64,000 nucleotides of DNA from the human T2T-CHM13v2.0 reference genome, Homo sapiens. The DNA lies in NCBI RefSeq assembly GCF_009914755.1, contig NC_060932.1; one strand, written 5' to 3'. A program made the position numbers and the translations under genes. Shown in pieces: positions 38,047-54,072 of the stretch (position 1 is the stretch's first letter; each line of letters opens with the position of its first letter). The notes beneath the pieces are model-generated. The model ran no database searches. It was not told where the DNA came from and saw only the letters and a list, made by a program, of their open reading frames with translations.

Positions 38047-38382
38047 GGGTGCACAGTTAAGGGAGCATAGGACCAGAAAACGCAAAATACAAGCTCAGGG
38101 AGGATGTGATCTGACCTGGTTGTGGATTTAGACCTGTCATGAGTGTGAGTTAGTTTGAATGAATCTCCCAGTTCCTTGACTTATCCTACAACAAGAACAA
38201 AGATAATCACCATTTGTGCAGATTCTATGCCCCAAATCAATCGCTGTCCATTCCTCTAGCAGAGTAGATTGTTTCTGAGAACCTTACATGTGCATAGCAC
38301 TGTGCAGAGAGTCATGGCCAACACAAAAAGGTGCATGATATACTCAGTGAGCTTGGAGTTTAGTTGGACAGACAATGTATAC

Positions 38383-38919
38383 TGTCGGAGATAAAGCCGG
38401 ACACTAACGAAAGTGGCAAGGACAGCTTTTAGCAGTCGTATACTATTGCAATAGGGAAAAGAGTCCAGCATGAAGTGACCTCAATTTTGATTTGTGCAAA
38501 GTTAACCAGACATTTTAAAAAGAGAATGAAGGACTGGGGAAGGAGACAAGGGGGTTTCTCAATAGAGTCAAGGAAGTGAAAAATTACGAAAAGTGGAAGA
38601 GGGGATTGGTTCATGTGAACCCAGCTGAGTTTGCTCACTGACTCTGATTGAAGTTAGGCTTTCATCCTCCCATAGAGCCTGGGAAACAGGGGCCCTACCT
38701 TCAAGTGATGGCTGCAACCAACAGTAAATTCTTTTGACAGCCTTGAGTTTTCTCAGGTAGTCACACTAAGGGAGCTGGGGTCATCCTAGGGACGAGGCTT
38801 TGAACTGTCAAAAATTATGTTAGTGCTTGTTCAAGTCTATAGGCCAAAGTTGAGGCCTAGTAGAGAAGAAGGCTCAGAAGAGCCTGGTTAGGGTGTGGTC
38901 AAAGAGAGAGTCTTTGTCA
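38383..38919 (-). mobile_element. MER31/MER67-like ERV1 solo LTR
   Basis: Minus strand starts tgacaaagactctctctttgacc; TG...CA ends; 4-bp TSD atac at 38379-82 and 38920-23. Confidence 0.78.
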
Positions 38920-39688
38920 ATACACAAGTCCAAAGATACACAACACCGTGAAACTTACAGAGCAATGCAAAGGCTATCATGGGGTTATGGTATACAAATG
39001 CCCGTGTAGTGCCCCAAAAGAAAAAAATTCAATCCTTTCAGAACCAAAGGCTTCAGTGAGAGATGTGAATTTGGAGCCATCCCTGTGGACTGGACTTAGG
39101 ACAAGGAAAACAGGGAAGAGAAACTTCGAGAATGAAAGGACTGGGATAGTTCTCATAATGAGTCAGGCACCACCATTTTCATTTGTTTGTTTTTCGCTGA
39201 TTTGCACTTATCAGATTTCAAATTCAGGAGAAAAGCACTGAACACATTTGTAATAAAATGTAAGTCAAATTTGAGTCAATCTCTCAGTTTTGAACAGGTC
39301 TTTCTTTCAGTCCCATTCCTACTCTAAACAAAAAGGCAAACAAACATATGACTTCATGACCAGCTCACACTATGATTACTGTCAGTGGGAAACTAGATCT
39401 TGGCTAGGGGCATGGTAATTTAAAAGGGTTCAATTTGGCCCTCAATAAAAACTGGTCATTACAGAACATGTGAGACCTGACCCTCCTTCACGAAACTGCC
39501 CAGTGTGGCTAAAATTGGCCTCCTGAATTAGAAATTGCTCAGGAGAGAAAACACACCATGGGCTGAGGGACTTTCAAAACTCTTTTCTTGGTCCAAAAGG
39601 AAACTAGGCCAAAAACAGCAACCAGAGTGGACTCAAGTTTATAAAAGCTATCTAGATTCTACCACAGGAATGTGAAGGAAACGTAGGT

Positions 39689-40008
39689 CTTTTCTTTTTC
39701 TTTCTTTTTTTTTTTTTTTTTTTTCTAGACAGGGTCTCATTCTGTCACCCAGGCTGGAGTACATTGGCATGATCTTGACTCACTGCAACCTTGACCACCT
39801 GGGCTCAGGTGATCCTCCCACCTCAGCCTCCTGAGTAATCGGGACCACAGACAAGCACAACCTATGCACAGATAATTTTTGTGTCTTTTCTAGAGATGGA
39901 GTTTCACCATATTGGCCAGGCTGATCTCGAACTCCTGGACTCAAGCGATCCACCTGCCTTAGCCTCCCAAAGTGCTGGGATTACAAGGGTGAGCCACCGT
40001 CCCCGGCC
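39689..40008 (-). mobile_element. AluJ
   Basis: Antisense dimeric Alu; flanks aggtcttttct / aagtctttttct. Confidence 0.92.
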
Positions 40009-41269
40009 ATTAAGTCTTTTCTCAAGCAGTATCTTTTTATCCAATTTGCTTTTGAAAAAGAATTTGCTGTCATGTTTGGGTTACTGTCCCTTTTCTACTA
40101 TATTTTTAAAAATTTAGTTACTTTAAAATAAAAGCCAAGAATATGGGATGCCATAGGAGATGACTTCTTAAGCGAGGAAGACTTTTCTCACTCTCCTGCC
40201 CCAGGCTGCAATACACATGGCGCAATACTAACCTGCTCTTTGGGCCTGGGAATGTGTGATCACATGATCTGATTTCCCTTTATCACTCTGAGACCCACGT
40301 GCCCCTTCATCTACCTGGTAGGCCAGCGAGCCTTTGTGCAACCCATTTGCTCTCACACAGACCTCAGGCTGTCACTACCCTGTCTTGTTGTTGTTGTTGT
40401 TGTTGTTGTTAGTAAGAGGGAAAATACATCCTTGTAAATGGTTAAGTCTACTATTGTAAGTAAGCTGAGATAATTGCATGGCTTTGGGCGAGTCGCTAAC
40501 TAGCTTTCCTTGTTCATAGCTCTCCTGGGTAGGCAGTGGAAGGAAATGACAGTGAACTTGAAATGTGAGTGAGACTTCTCCTCACCCAGCTCCATGCTTT
40601 GTCCTCCTCCTCTTTCCGTTCCTCCTCTTGGAAACATATCCAGCTGGATGCAGCATCCAGGACCCTAATGAATATTCCCTTCCAGAATCTCCACCTTCAC
40701 CCAACTGTTTTACCTCCCTGGCAATAAAACCATCATGAAAAAACCTGCGTTGTGCCACATTTTTGAGGGTATACTCTATACTGGCTTTCCAGTCAGGAAG
40801 ATCAAGGGGTAGTGGCAACAGATGACTCATCAACTGGCTAGACAACTTCAATATGTGAATTTAGTGGTATCTGTGCACATGCCAAGGGATCTGGCAGCAG
40901 AGATGGTAGGCCCAGTATAATGCAGCTATTGTTATTCCACACCAGCCTGTTTCCCTGGGGAACACAGACCCAGGGTTATCTTGTGAGATTTCAAGGGAAG
41001 CTCAAACTCTGAAGGTTTATGTGAGATGTTCTGATTTTCCAAGGCTGGCTTAATTTCTTAAAACATTGCAAGAGCCAAACAAACTATGTCTGAAAGCCAC
41101 CTTTATCCTTAGGCTGCCAGTGTAAAACCTGCCACTCTCATGGCTGCCATCTTGAAAGGGACTAACACCTCCTGTTTGCATGGGAATTAACATGCCATTG
41201 AATGTGAATGCCTACCTGGTTGCTTTCATACATTAAAAATGCAATACATATCTTCTTCCTGGTGTCTAG

Positions 41270-41681
<412 letters not shown>

Positions 41682-42462
41682 GTTAGCTACGTTTTTTGCT
41701 GTCTTTGTTTGTAAGAAGGACAGCATGCTCAGACGCGCATTCATCACACAAATACTGAATGGTGACTCTGCCTGGGACTGACTCCAGCTGCCTCCCAATG
41801 AAAAGGTCTCTCCTCCAAAATCAAAGCCAAAGATACTGTTAAGGCAGAAAAACAATCTTGAAAAAATGTTACTTTTGTGTTTGCATAATAAATGATATTT
41901 GAGGACCAGGAATTGTGGAACTGGCAGTACCACAGCAAAGGACTTTCTGGTAAATATTTTATTAATGCTGAAAGAAGAGTAGGGTCTCAGTGGAGAAGAG
42001 CTAAAAGGAGGACAGGGCAGACATCTCCATCCCCTCTTTCCTCCGTCTGCTGGTGAAGGATGGGCAGGCTTAGTTAATGAGGTACCAGGCTAGCTTTTCC
42101 TAATGGGGAAGACTCGGGAGTAAGGTGTGGTGTGAGCCTTATGGAAAAACCCACATTCAACCCAGACATCAGCAGGGATAACATATTACATGGGAATTAT
42201 AGAAAACTGTTCCATTTCAGTGTTCTCTCTCTGCTTTGCTAGACATTTTCTCCAGTCTCCTGCCCTTTTTTCAAGCCTCCTACACACTTGGCATCATGCT
42301 GCTCTCTGGCTGCCCAAGACTACCTTCTCCTCCCACATTCATCCACATACCAATACCCTCGGCCTGTGTCAAAATTTCCACTGCCTCTGGCCCAATGCAA
42401 GCTTGCTCTAATTATCCAATTGCAATAGAGGGAAGGTAGGGCTCACTTCAACTTCTAGAGAA

Positions 42463-42801
42463 ATGCTGTCCAATAGAAACATTATGTGAACCAGAAATGT
42501 AAGCTACAGGTGTAATTTTAAATTTTCTACTAGTTACATTTCATAAGTAAAAAGAAAAAGTAAAATTATTTTTAATAATAGATTTTATTTAACTCAATAT
42601 ACCCAACATATTATCATTTCAATACACCATCGGTATTTTTCAAAAATTATTAATGTGATATTTTACATTCTTTTTTCTTTGCACTCAGTCTTTAAAATCC
42701 AATGTGTACTTTATACTTACGGCACATCTCTATTTGAACTAGCTACACTTAAGGTGATCACAGTCGTTAAGTGGCTAGTGACTATTATTTGGATTGCACA
42801 G
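42463..42801. mobile_element. MER33/MER3-like hAT DNA transposon
   Basis: tgctgtccaatagaaac...tggctagtgactattatttggattgcacag termini. Confidence 0.8.
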
Positions 42802-42843
42802 ACACTTCCTTAATGTGGGATAGTGATTAAATTCCCACCTCCT

Positions 42844-43204
<361 letters not shown>

Positions 43205-44371
43205 CTAGACTATCCTATACTTACATATTTGAATAAAAATTAAAAATGTTTTTAACAAATTAAAATGGTCCGTTGACTCTTACAGAGTCAAAGGCAACTA
43301 GGCTAAATGAAAAATTCTATATTTAGACTCACAAAAGTCAATCACGTAAATACAGAATGAGGAAGACTGGCTTGGGAGTTCCTGTCGGGGGGAAAAAAAT
43401 CTGTTTTTAAGTTAAGCACACTCTTCTAAGAGCTGCACTGTGATAGGATTTTTTTAAACAGATGCAATTGATGTAGCAACTCAGAACACAGGAAATAATC
43501 GGTCAGAGCCAGAGCGGGATTTAGGGGTGTCTCTACCATGCAAGTGTCCAGAAATCCAAACTATAAGATGCTCCATGTCATTGGATGTGTAAAGAGAGGA
43601 AAAAGAATGTCATTTTCTTGAATTCTTGGTTGAATGTGATACTTTGTGATACGCTCATTGCAGTGAAGGCTGAGCTCTCTGAGGCCAGTTTGAGTTATAA
43701 TTGAGAGTCATTAAATGGCTTACAAGGAGGTGGGTGCAGTTATCTATAGTAGGACTAACGTTTGCTAGTAGGGTGTGCAGGACTGGGCCAGAGCTGAACT
43801 GATTAGAGCAGTAGAGAAGAGGACCAGAGCTGCTGCGAGCCAGTCTTCCTTGCTTGACCCCAAGTCACAGTTAGACAAATATTGAGAGCATATCCATTTG
43901 AAGGAACCTAAAATTATTAACTAATGACTATTATTTATTAACTGCCTAGGGTACCCGTAGTGTCCTCATCAGGCTATATCTAGAGAAGTGAGCTGAATTT
44001 TAAACATAACATTTCAAGATTGACTTTGGCAAATGTTAGCTTCTGAGGAGTGAGGGAGAAGGCTGAGAGGGATGAGGGAACTGTTGAGATCCAGAGCTGG
44101 AGTAAGGAGTGAGTCTGCCATGAAGGTGTCCAGGGATCCAAACTATAAGATGTTCAATATCACTGGATGTGTAAGGAGAGGGAGAAAATGTCATTTACCA
44201 GAATTCTTGGTTCAATGTGGTACCTCCTGATATGCTCATTGCAGTGATGAGTATATGGTCAATTGCCTCCCATGTGAGTTTGAAGAACTACAGACGTGCA
44301 ACCTAAGAGAGAAGACTAAGAATATTCAGAAGATTCTCATGTAAATGGTGGAGCAGATTTATCCTAATCTC

Positions 44372-45185
44372 TGATTCTCTGGACATCAACTGGGTATCCA
44401 ACAATTCAGTTTAATTCTGACACTACCTGGAGTTAGCCTCAGATCCCACAAGTTAAAGGGGCTCAGTCCCACACACTGCTCTCCCTTAAGACATCAGTTA
44501 TAGGTACTGGGTTCCCAGGTCACCTGAATTTGTCTGACTTTGCTACAAGTTCCAGGGTTTGCAGCATGCCACCCGCCACCTGCCCTCGCCCCACGCCACA
44601 TTTCCTTAATTTGCTAGAACAACTCAGAACTCAGGAAAATGCCATACTTGGAACTATATTTTATTATAAAGGATGGGAATGAACAGCCAGATGAAGAGGT
44701 ACATAAGATGAGGTCCAAAAATGTCCTGAGCACAAGAGCCTCTGCCTCTTTGGAGTTGAGGTATGCCTCCCTCCCGGCACATGGATGTGTTCACCAACAC
44801 AGAAGCTCTCATTCAGATTTTACGAAGGTTTCATTACGTTGGCTTGATGGATTAACTCATTGGCCATTGGTGATTGAATTCAATCTCCACTGCCTCTTTC
44901 CTCCCCATAGGTTGGGGACAAGAGCTGAAATTTCTAACCCTCAAATAATGGCGTCATGTTTGACCAGCCCCCATCCTGAAGCTATCTGGGAGTCCCACTC
45001 TGGGGGTTCATCTCATTAGCCTGAACTCAGGTGTGATAGAAAGGGGCTCTCATTACAAATAACAAAAGACACTCCTATCACTCAGGAAGAAGTTCCAAGG
45101 GTTTTTGTTTTGTTTTGTTTTGTTTTTAGAAGCTCTGTGCTAGGAACCAGGGACAAAGACTAGATATATTTCTTATTATGCCACA
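44372..45185 (-). mobile_element. MER21-type solo LTR
   Basis: Minus strand starts tgtggcataataagaaatatatctagtctttgtccctggttcctagcacagagcttc. Confidence 0.8.
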
Positions 45186-45437
45186 TCTGTATTATCCCTA
45201 GCATGGATTACTAGTGGAAGTTACAAGAAGGCAAGTTTTAATTAAACATGAGAAAGGATTCCCTCAAAATTAGAGAGTCCCATCAGTTGAAGGTTGGTGT
45301 TGTCCCCTGGGTACTAAGACAATGAGCACCCTGCTCTCCAGATACAGCAGAGGGAGGCTAAGCTTATTAGGGTTGTAGAGATTCTCATTTAAAAAAAAAA
45401 AAAAAAAGTTGAATCCAAATACCTTTAAGATTTTACC

Positions 45438-45732
<295 letters not shown>

Positions 45733-48689
45733 TGTTTAGAAACCAACTTACCAACTTCGATATTCTAAACTTAAAAAGAAAAATCAAAGATTTAGGATTT
45801 ATATTTTAAAAGAACAATTCTTTTAAAATGTCAAAGTAAATACAGATCACATGGAGAAATTTCACGTTTTTCAGGTATCTTGCCAAATATCAAAATGACT
45901 TCTGCAGTCGTCCCCGGGCAGACAGAGGAGAAAAACACCCAGGGAATCCACATTTCGGCTCAACACCATTGCTATTGCTTCACCAGCACAGTCCCCACAC
46001 CCGACTTTGCAAACTTGTGCACGCATTCCTCTCAAAGAAAGAGGTAGATCTGGGGGAAGTGTTAGGGTTGACCCAGAAAATCTGACTAATAGGAAAAAAA
46101 AAAGGTGTGTAGAGAATCTTCCTCAAAGTGCAAACTTACTGTTCAATGCCTCTTTGGAAAACCCTTTAAATTAATTTGGTCAGAAGCTATAATCATTGCT
46201 GTTTGTGTAGCCACAGATTCGTCTCCAAGAATGCACATAATTACAATTGGAAAAATAAAAAATCAGGTTTCCTTCTAAATTTGTTGCTAAATACATTGGA
46301 TTATTGGGCCCACAAGTCACCAATCCTGAATCAGCTCCATTTTCAGAGTACAGAAGTGGTGAGATTGTTCTTACAGAGGCAGGCTGACAACAGTATTGTT
46401 ACTATTGGCATCCAGCACAGAAAGTACACATTAATATGGCTAGCCTAGAAGAATGACTTATTGACTAAACAAAAGACCTCTATATTTCCAACCCTAGTTG
46501 TCACTGCTCTGATCTCATCTTACTCAACTTCTAAATGGCATTTGATCTAGCTGACCACATCCCATTTCTTGAATTATTAGGTGCTGTAGATTTCCTTAAC
46601 ACCACATTCTTTGTGATAGTTGTATTCTTGTTCCCAAAGATTCACGGTGTATCCCTGTGAGAGAATTACCCATCCCCTCAACCACCAGATTGATCATGGA
46701 AAGTGAATGCAAGTGACAGATGCTGCATTCCGGGAGAATATTTTAGGGTCCTTGCCTGGTTCTACCATCTCTCTTTGGCCTCCCCTGCAGGCTGCTCTGA
46801 TGGGCGTGTATCTTTCAGTCTGGGTCTGGAAGGAAGATGTAGAATAGACTGACAGTAGGACTGCAGCCACCATGTAACTTGAGTGAGAAATAGACCTTTT
46901 TTCTCAGAAGGCACTGAGCTACAGGGACTGTTTGTTGCCTTGCATAATAAAATTTGAATAATGCACACCCCCTCCCCAGTATTCTCTAACTTCAGTGTTC
47001 TTTTAACAGTGGAAGTGGTGAGCAGTGACCTGATGCAGAGCGTATGTCAGAGGGGAACCAGAGAATGGGCTGATAGGTTGAGTAAAAAATATACAAGATA
47101 GGATCAATGTCTGACTTCTAGATTTTTAAATTTAGGCAGCTGGCACATAGAAATGCCATTTACTGAAATGGAGAAGAGTGAGGCAGGAAAAAATTTTGGC
47201 AGGGGGACATCAAAAGTTTTGGTTGGGACACATTATACTTGAGCTATATATGAGTCTAGACTAGAAGTAATCAAACTTTTTCTTTTGGGATCATAGAGTC
47301 CCTGTTATACACTCTTCTTTGATTTTTTCCCTATCTTTTAAAAGTATAAAGACCTTTCTTAGCTTTTGGGCCATACGGAAATGGATGCCAGGCCACAGTT
47401 GGGCTGTAGTTTGTCAAACACTAATTTGGAGCTTGGTGGAAAAAGCAGGGATTGAAATATGCATTTGGGCACAGAGATTGACCTAAAATCCCAGGACTAG
47501 TCATGAGCTCATGCAGGCAGAGAGATGAGCTAGAGAGGAAGACAGAGAAAGAGTGAGTGTTCTTTACTGAACTCACTCTTTCTCTGTCTGAGTTTTCAAG
47601 GTCTTTAAAATCCTGGTCCAGGCTGCCATCATCTCTTGTCTGGAACCACAAGATTCACTTGGGCTCCTGCTCCCCTACCCCGTTTATTCTTATTTATGAC
47701 AGTAGCTTGATTTGTCAGAGATGACTCTGAGACCCCATGACTTGCTGCTAAATGACCTTCAGTGGCTTCCCGTTTTCCCATGGCACCCCGATGATCTCAC
47801 CACTACTCTCGCCTCTCCACCCAAACCTCCTAGCATGCACCACTTATTCTCTACCCTAGAGCCTCTCTGGTCCACTTTCCATCCCTCAAACACACCAAGA
47901 CTGTGCCCAGGTCAGGGACTTTGCTCTTTCCTTCTGTCTGGATTAGTCCCCCCTAGACATTCACTCGGCTGCTTCTTCATGGCATTAGGGCTTGCTTCAT
48001 ATGTTCTATCTTCAGAGAGTCCTTCGCTGCCTCTGCAACAAATTTGAAACTGGTGAAGTAAAACAGAACATTCTTCAACACTTCTTTCCTTTTCTGGCCC
48101 AGATATTCAGGTCTCAGTCCACTTTTGCTTTAGCTATCAGAGCTGGCATTGTCATTGGAGGAGCCATCTCAGAACCTAGAAGTTGCATTTCAAGATTCCA
48201 GTTACATGTCTCTATGGCCTAGACAATTGATGTACTGATGTTGCTTGAGCTATGAAAAAGATATGGAAGCCCCAGAATCTGGACGTGGCTTTGATGGACA
48301 AAGAAAACACTCCTTCTATTTGGAGCAAAGTGAGACGTAAGCTGGGTGGGGCAAAGCAGTGTGGCAACCAGGATAGTAGCCTTTTGTTAGAAAGGAAAGT
48401 CTGAATCCAGGGGGTAATTAGAAAAGTCAATAAGGTGAAGTTTTCTGAGAAGCCTAATCCCTACTCCAAAGCACCACTACACAAGACCAAACATCCCTCC
48501 AAACAAGAAAGAGAGGCAACTCTCCATGGTTTTAATTTACAGGACTCAAGATTCCTGACATTCTCCTCCTCATCTACCACTGATACCAGAAAGGAAGTTT
48601 TAATTTTTTCCTTTTATCTTATGATACTGGTTCCCATTAGGTTGAAAATCTTCTTGGATACAGAAACTCTTAAAGACATTTAGAAGGAC

Positions 48690-49520
48690 ATGAAGAGACA
48701 CTTTTCAGAAGACATACATGCGACCAAAAAGCACAAGAAAAAAATCTCAACATCACTGACCATTACAGAAATGCAGATCAAAACCACAGTGAGATACCAT
48801 CTCACACTAGTCAGAACGGCTATTATAAAAATATCAAAATATAGCAGATGATGGCGAGGTTGCAGAGAAAAGAAAATGCTTATACACTGTTGGTGGGAGT
48901 GTAAATTAGTTCACCCATTGTGGAAAGCAATATGGCAATTCCTCAAAGAGCCAAAAACAGAACTACCATTTGACCTAGCAATCTCATTACTGGTATGTAC
49001 CCATAGGAATATATATCTTTCTACCTTAAACATACAGTCATGCAGATGTTCACTGCAGCACTATTCACAATAACAAAGACATGGAATCAATCTAACTGCC
49101 CATCTGTGATAGACTGGATGAAGAAAATGTGGCACATATACAGCATGGAATACTGTGCAGCCATAAGAAAGAACAAGATTGTGTCCTTTGTGGGGAACAT
49201 GGATGGAGCTGGATGCCATTATGCTTAGCAAACTATTGCAGGAACAGAAAACCAAATACTGCATGTTCTCACTTATAAGCATGAACTAAATGATGAGAGC
49301 ACATGGACACAAAGAGGGGAACAACGCACACTGGGGCCTACTTGAGGGTGGAGGGTGGGAGGAGAGAGTCAGTCAGAAAAAATAACTATTGGGTGCTAGG
49401 CTTAGTACCTGGGTGATGAAATAATCTGTATAACAAACCCCCAAGACACTAGTTTACCTATATAACAAACCTGCACATGTACTCCGAGCCTAAAAGTTTC
49501 AAAAAAAATAAATCTAAAAA
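48690..49520 (+). mobile_element. 5'-truncated L1 (older L1PA/L1PB) 3' end with ORF2 C-terminal remnant
   Basis: gaaatgcagatcaaaaccacagtgagataccatctcacac...tgttggtgggagtgtaaattagttc; A-tail; TSD acatttagaagga / acatttggaagga. Confidence 0.92.
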
Positions 49521-50064
49521 CTACATTTGGAAGGAAGAAGGCAATTAACTTTTGTTAAATATATAGTATGTGACAAGTTCTGCATTCGAAACTTGAATTA
49601 GCTTATTTCATCCTTACAATCCTAGCATCCCTGTTTTACAAATAAGAAAACAGCAGCTCAGGGAGATGAGGTAAAATTGCCAGCGGTCAAACAGGTAGTA
49701 ATTGGCTTCTAGAATTAGAACTCAGTCTGCAGGTGTCCTAAGCCACTGTTCTTTCCGCTCTATGATTGGCCCCTGTTTTGTCACAGATACTTGGGTTAGA
49801 ATAAAAGGTTGCAAGGGCGAGGAAAGGGCAGGAGATTTGCAGATGGCTTCACAACTGAACAATGTGGATCCAGGATAAGGCAGGAAGCTGGGCACATGGA
49901 TTTAGAATCCTAGACGATTCAAACTGGAAAGGACTTAAGGTATCACACGGCCCAACCAAGCCAACTTCACATGCAATAAAAATGAGCTTCAGAGAAGGGA
50001 ATTATCTTTCTAAGTGGAAAGATAATTATTTAGACATTTTACTAGTAAGCGCTTACTAGATTAT

Positions 50065-50540
50065 ACTATGATTACAAACAACACTAGACCCCAGCTCTCA
50101 GTAGCTTACAATAACAAAGATTTGTTTCTCATGTGTGTTGGTTACATGTCAGCTGTGGACTGGCTCCAGATGCCAGCTCTGCACAACAGTAAGTTGGCTG
50201 TGGGTCTGTTCTACAAGTCCTCTTCCTTCTGGAATCCAGGCTGAAGGAGCAGGCTCTATTTGGACACACTATTCTCATGGCAGAGGAAAAAGAGTCAGAG
50301 GAACTGGTCGAAACATGGTGGCTTTTAAAGCTTCTGCTCAAACAGGGCATTACATTGTATCTGCTCATATCCCATCAACAAAGCAAGTCGCAGGGCTAAG
50401 TCCAACATCATTTGGGGCAGGGAATAGATATTTCTCCCACAGGAGAGCACAGCAAGTCACATAGCAATTTGGGGGCAGGGATGTCTAATCCTTGAAGAAA
50501 GAGGGATTGAATAATTGGGAACAATAACACCATATACCAC
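50065..50540 (-). mobile_element. Old MLT1 (J/K-like) LTR
   Basis: tctcagtagcttacaataacaaagatttgtttctca...ggaatccaggctgaaggagcagg...gcttttaaagcttctgctca. Confidence 0.6.
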
Positions 50541-51267
50541 TGATGTTAATTTGTGTTTCATTCACACTGAATTCTGCCTTCCCCAGGGAAGATGGTATCC
50601 AACTATTGCATTGCTAGCCTCAGAAGGGTTTGTGTTGCCAAGATAAAGGCAGAGTTTTCTGGTTTTGGTTTTGCAAAGCCTAAGTTAGAGATGTCTCTGG
50701 AGAGGGTGAAAAAAGAGGTGAGTACCCTGGGGAGAAAAGAAGGGGAAATGCTATAGGAACAGAGGAGAAAGATTTTATTCCTCAAGCTTAAAAGACAAAC
50801 AGGATTTTTCAGTGGGGGATGTCACAAGAGTTGCAAGAATCAGCTAAACCTTGCTATACCACAAGGGATGGCCAGACCTCACAGAAGCATGCTTCTGAGG
50901 TGTTCCTGGAGAGGCCAAGAATGCCAACCTCGATGAGAAGCTCAGCTGGGTGCAGGCTTGGTTCTCCATGTGCCTCTCCAAAGAATCCCTCTCCAAAGGT
51001 TTTAGATGGTGTGAGGCTCCAGGGACCTTCCCCAAACCCAGGGATGTGGGGGCAGAAGCGGAAACATCATAACATTAAAGTTCCTGTCAAACCAGTTGCA
51101 CAGGGAGCAGAATAAATTTGACTTAAAGAAATAAGTGAGACATTTCTTCCATCTCATACTGTGGAGCAAAATTCATTCATTGAGATCTCACAGCTTAGTA
51201 AGGGACACGACGATTCCTTAGATTTTCATTGAAACAATTGTTCATCATTCCCTGTGCCAAGCCCTTT

Positions 51268-52000
<733 letters not shown>

Positions 52001-53712
52001 CCTTCTTGTGAGGCTGCGTTGTATATTGCTACTGAGAGAGTCATGGACTTTGAACTCATGGGGCCAACCATCGAGGAGAAGGCAGACTCTGAGTCCGCTA
52101 GTGTGAGTGTGAGGCGGATCCCTCCATCTTTACCGCTTCACTCCCCTGTCCTATGGCCATATTGAGGCACAGTCTTCCGGTTAGACGGGTGTTGGAAATG
52201 CTCTTGAGAGCCTTATTAAACTGCAGCAGTCTTTGACAGTGTGCATACCCGGCCCATCAATCTGCTAAAAGAACCAACAGCCATTCCCCTGTGAGGTGGC
52301 CTTAGCCAAGACTGTGCCCCATAGGAATCCTCTAAGAACAACAAAGTAAATGTGTGAGTTGTTCTATCAGGTTAATTGGGCAACTGATGTAGTATTCCCA
52401 AAAGCAAAAGAAAGCTAGCAAACCAGTACCCTGATAGCCCCAGATGCTCTTCTGCTGCCCTGGAAGAAGTCAAGTCAAGGCAGCCAAAGGACTGCTCATT
52501 GCATCTCCCCGGCTTTCGGGACACCTGTCTTGACGTGAAACATTAATTTCCTCATTTAAACTCATTCTGCACCAAACACATCCACACAGGATGCCCCCTG
52601 CTGCAGCGAATTGCCACCTCCAACTCTATTCCATTAGCTTTCTGATCCTTGTGAAGAGAGAAGCAGCTTCCTTGTGTGGGTTAAAAAGTTCATGGAACCT
52701 AACAACGTCCTTGAAAATCTGAAATTAAGAAGAAGGTGCAGTTTGGATAATCTGGAGAAGGATGATTCCAGTGTATTTTATGAACAGTTTCCCACCTTGA
52801 GTCTTATGTATGCCAAAAGACAATTTTTTTAATACAATGAGACGCTCCTTGGGCCAGCTGATTTAGGTAGAATCTGGAATTAGTGGAAATAGCTGTTTTT
52901 CTCAGCCATAACCTTGTCTTGTATCTGGCACTTTGTTTAAAACAAAAAAAATTTAGAACTTTACATACATTATGTATATACTTTTGTATGTCGATCATAC
53001 CTCAATAAAGTGGTTTTTAAAAATTGATATTAATATTGGTATTAATATAAGATTAATATTTTATTATATTAATATCATTGTATTAATAATTAATGTTACT
53101 AACTGCACAAGCATATGACTTACACTTGGTCTAGGTGGGCTTGAGATTGTGTGACTTTTCTTTTTCTCTTTTTTAAATTTAAGATGGAGTTTTTGTGTCT
53201 ATTTTTTGATGTTTTGGATGAGTTTCAAAAGAGGGAGAAGGAAGAAAATGCCTTTACTCCTGCATTCGATAACTGACCATTTTCTGACCACAAGCCCCAA
53301 ATTATCCCAGAGTTCTCATGGAAAGATTCTATTTAAACTTGTTCACTCAATGACACTCTGTCCCTTCACACATCATCCCTCTTCTCCACAAAGAAGCCAA
53401 CATTCTGAAGCTCCTCCAGGAAGGAGAAATCAGGCCCTGAGCCTGACCCGCCACCTGGAAGCTCAAGGCAGAGAGACCACTGTGAGGAGAGGGTGAAGTT
53501 GACCGGACTGTGGCCCAGAGAAATGGACTCAGGCAATCAAAATCACAGCGATAATAATAATGGTGCACTGATTGAACACTTAGTATATGCTGGGCTCCAT
53601 ATTAGGAACTGTAAATATATTGCCTCATTTAATTCTCCCCGTTTCACAGGTGAGAACATGGAGGCCCAGAGATATTAAGGAACTTGTCTAAGGAATTAAA
53701 TGGCAGAGTTGG

Positions 53713-54072
53713 TGATATGGTTTGGCTCTGTGTTCCTACCCAAATCTCACCTTGAATTGTAACAATCCCCATGTGTCAAGGGTGGGGCCAGATGGAGATA
53801 ACTGAATCATGGAGGGCAGTTTCCTCCATACTGTTCTCATGGTAGTGAATAAGTCTCATAAGATCTGATGGTTTTATAAATGGGAGTTTCCCTACACAAG
53901 CTCTCTTGCCTGCCGCCGTCTAAGATGTGACTTTGCCCCTCCTCCGCCTTCCACCGTGATTGTGAGGCCTCCCCAGCCACGCAGAACTGTAAGTCCATTA
54001 AACATCTTTTTCTTTATAAATTACCCAGTCTCAAGTATGTCTTTATTAGCAGCATGAGGACAGACTAATACA
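53713..54072 (+). mobile_element. THE1C/D solo LTR inserted in a MIR
   Basis: tgatatggtttggctctgtgttcctacccaaatctcaccttgaattgtaa...gactaataca; TSD gttgg / gttgt. Confidence 0.9.

Noticed and set aside
37623-38085. Cys/Val/His-rich ORFs resembling metal-binding proteins
   Set aside because: Translations of the (TG/CA)n tract
48876-49282. ORFs resembling L1 ORF2 C-terminus
   Set aside because: Fragments of a 5'-truncated, frameshifted L1; not a functional gene
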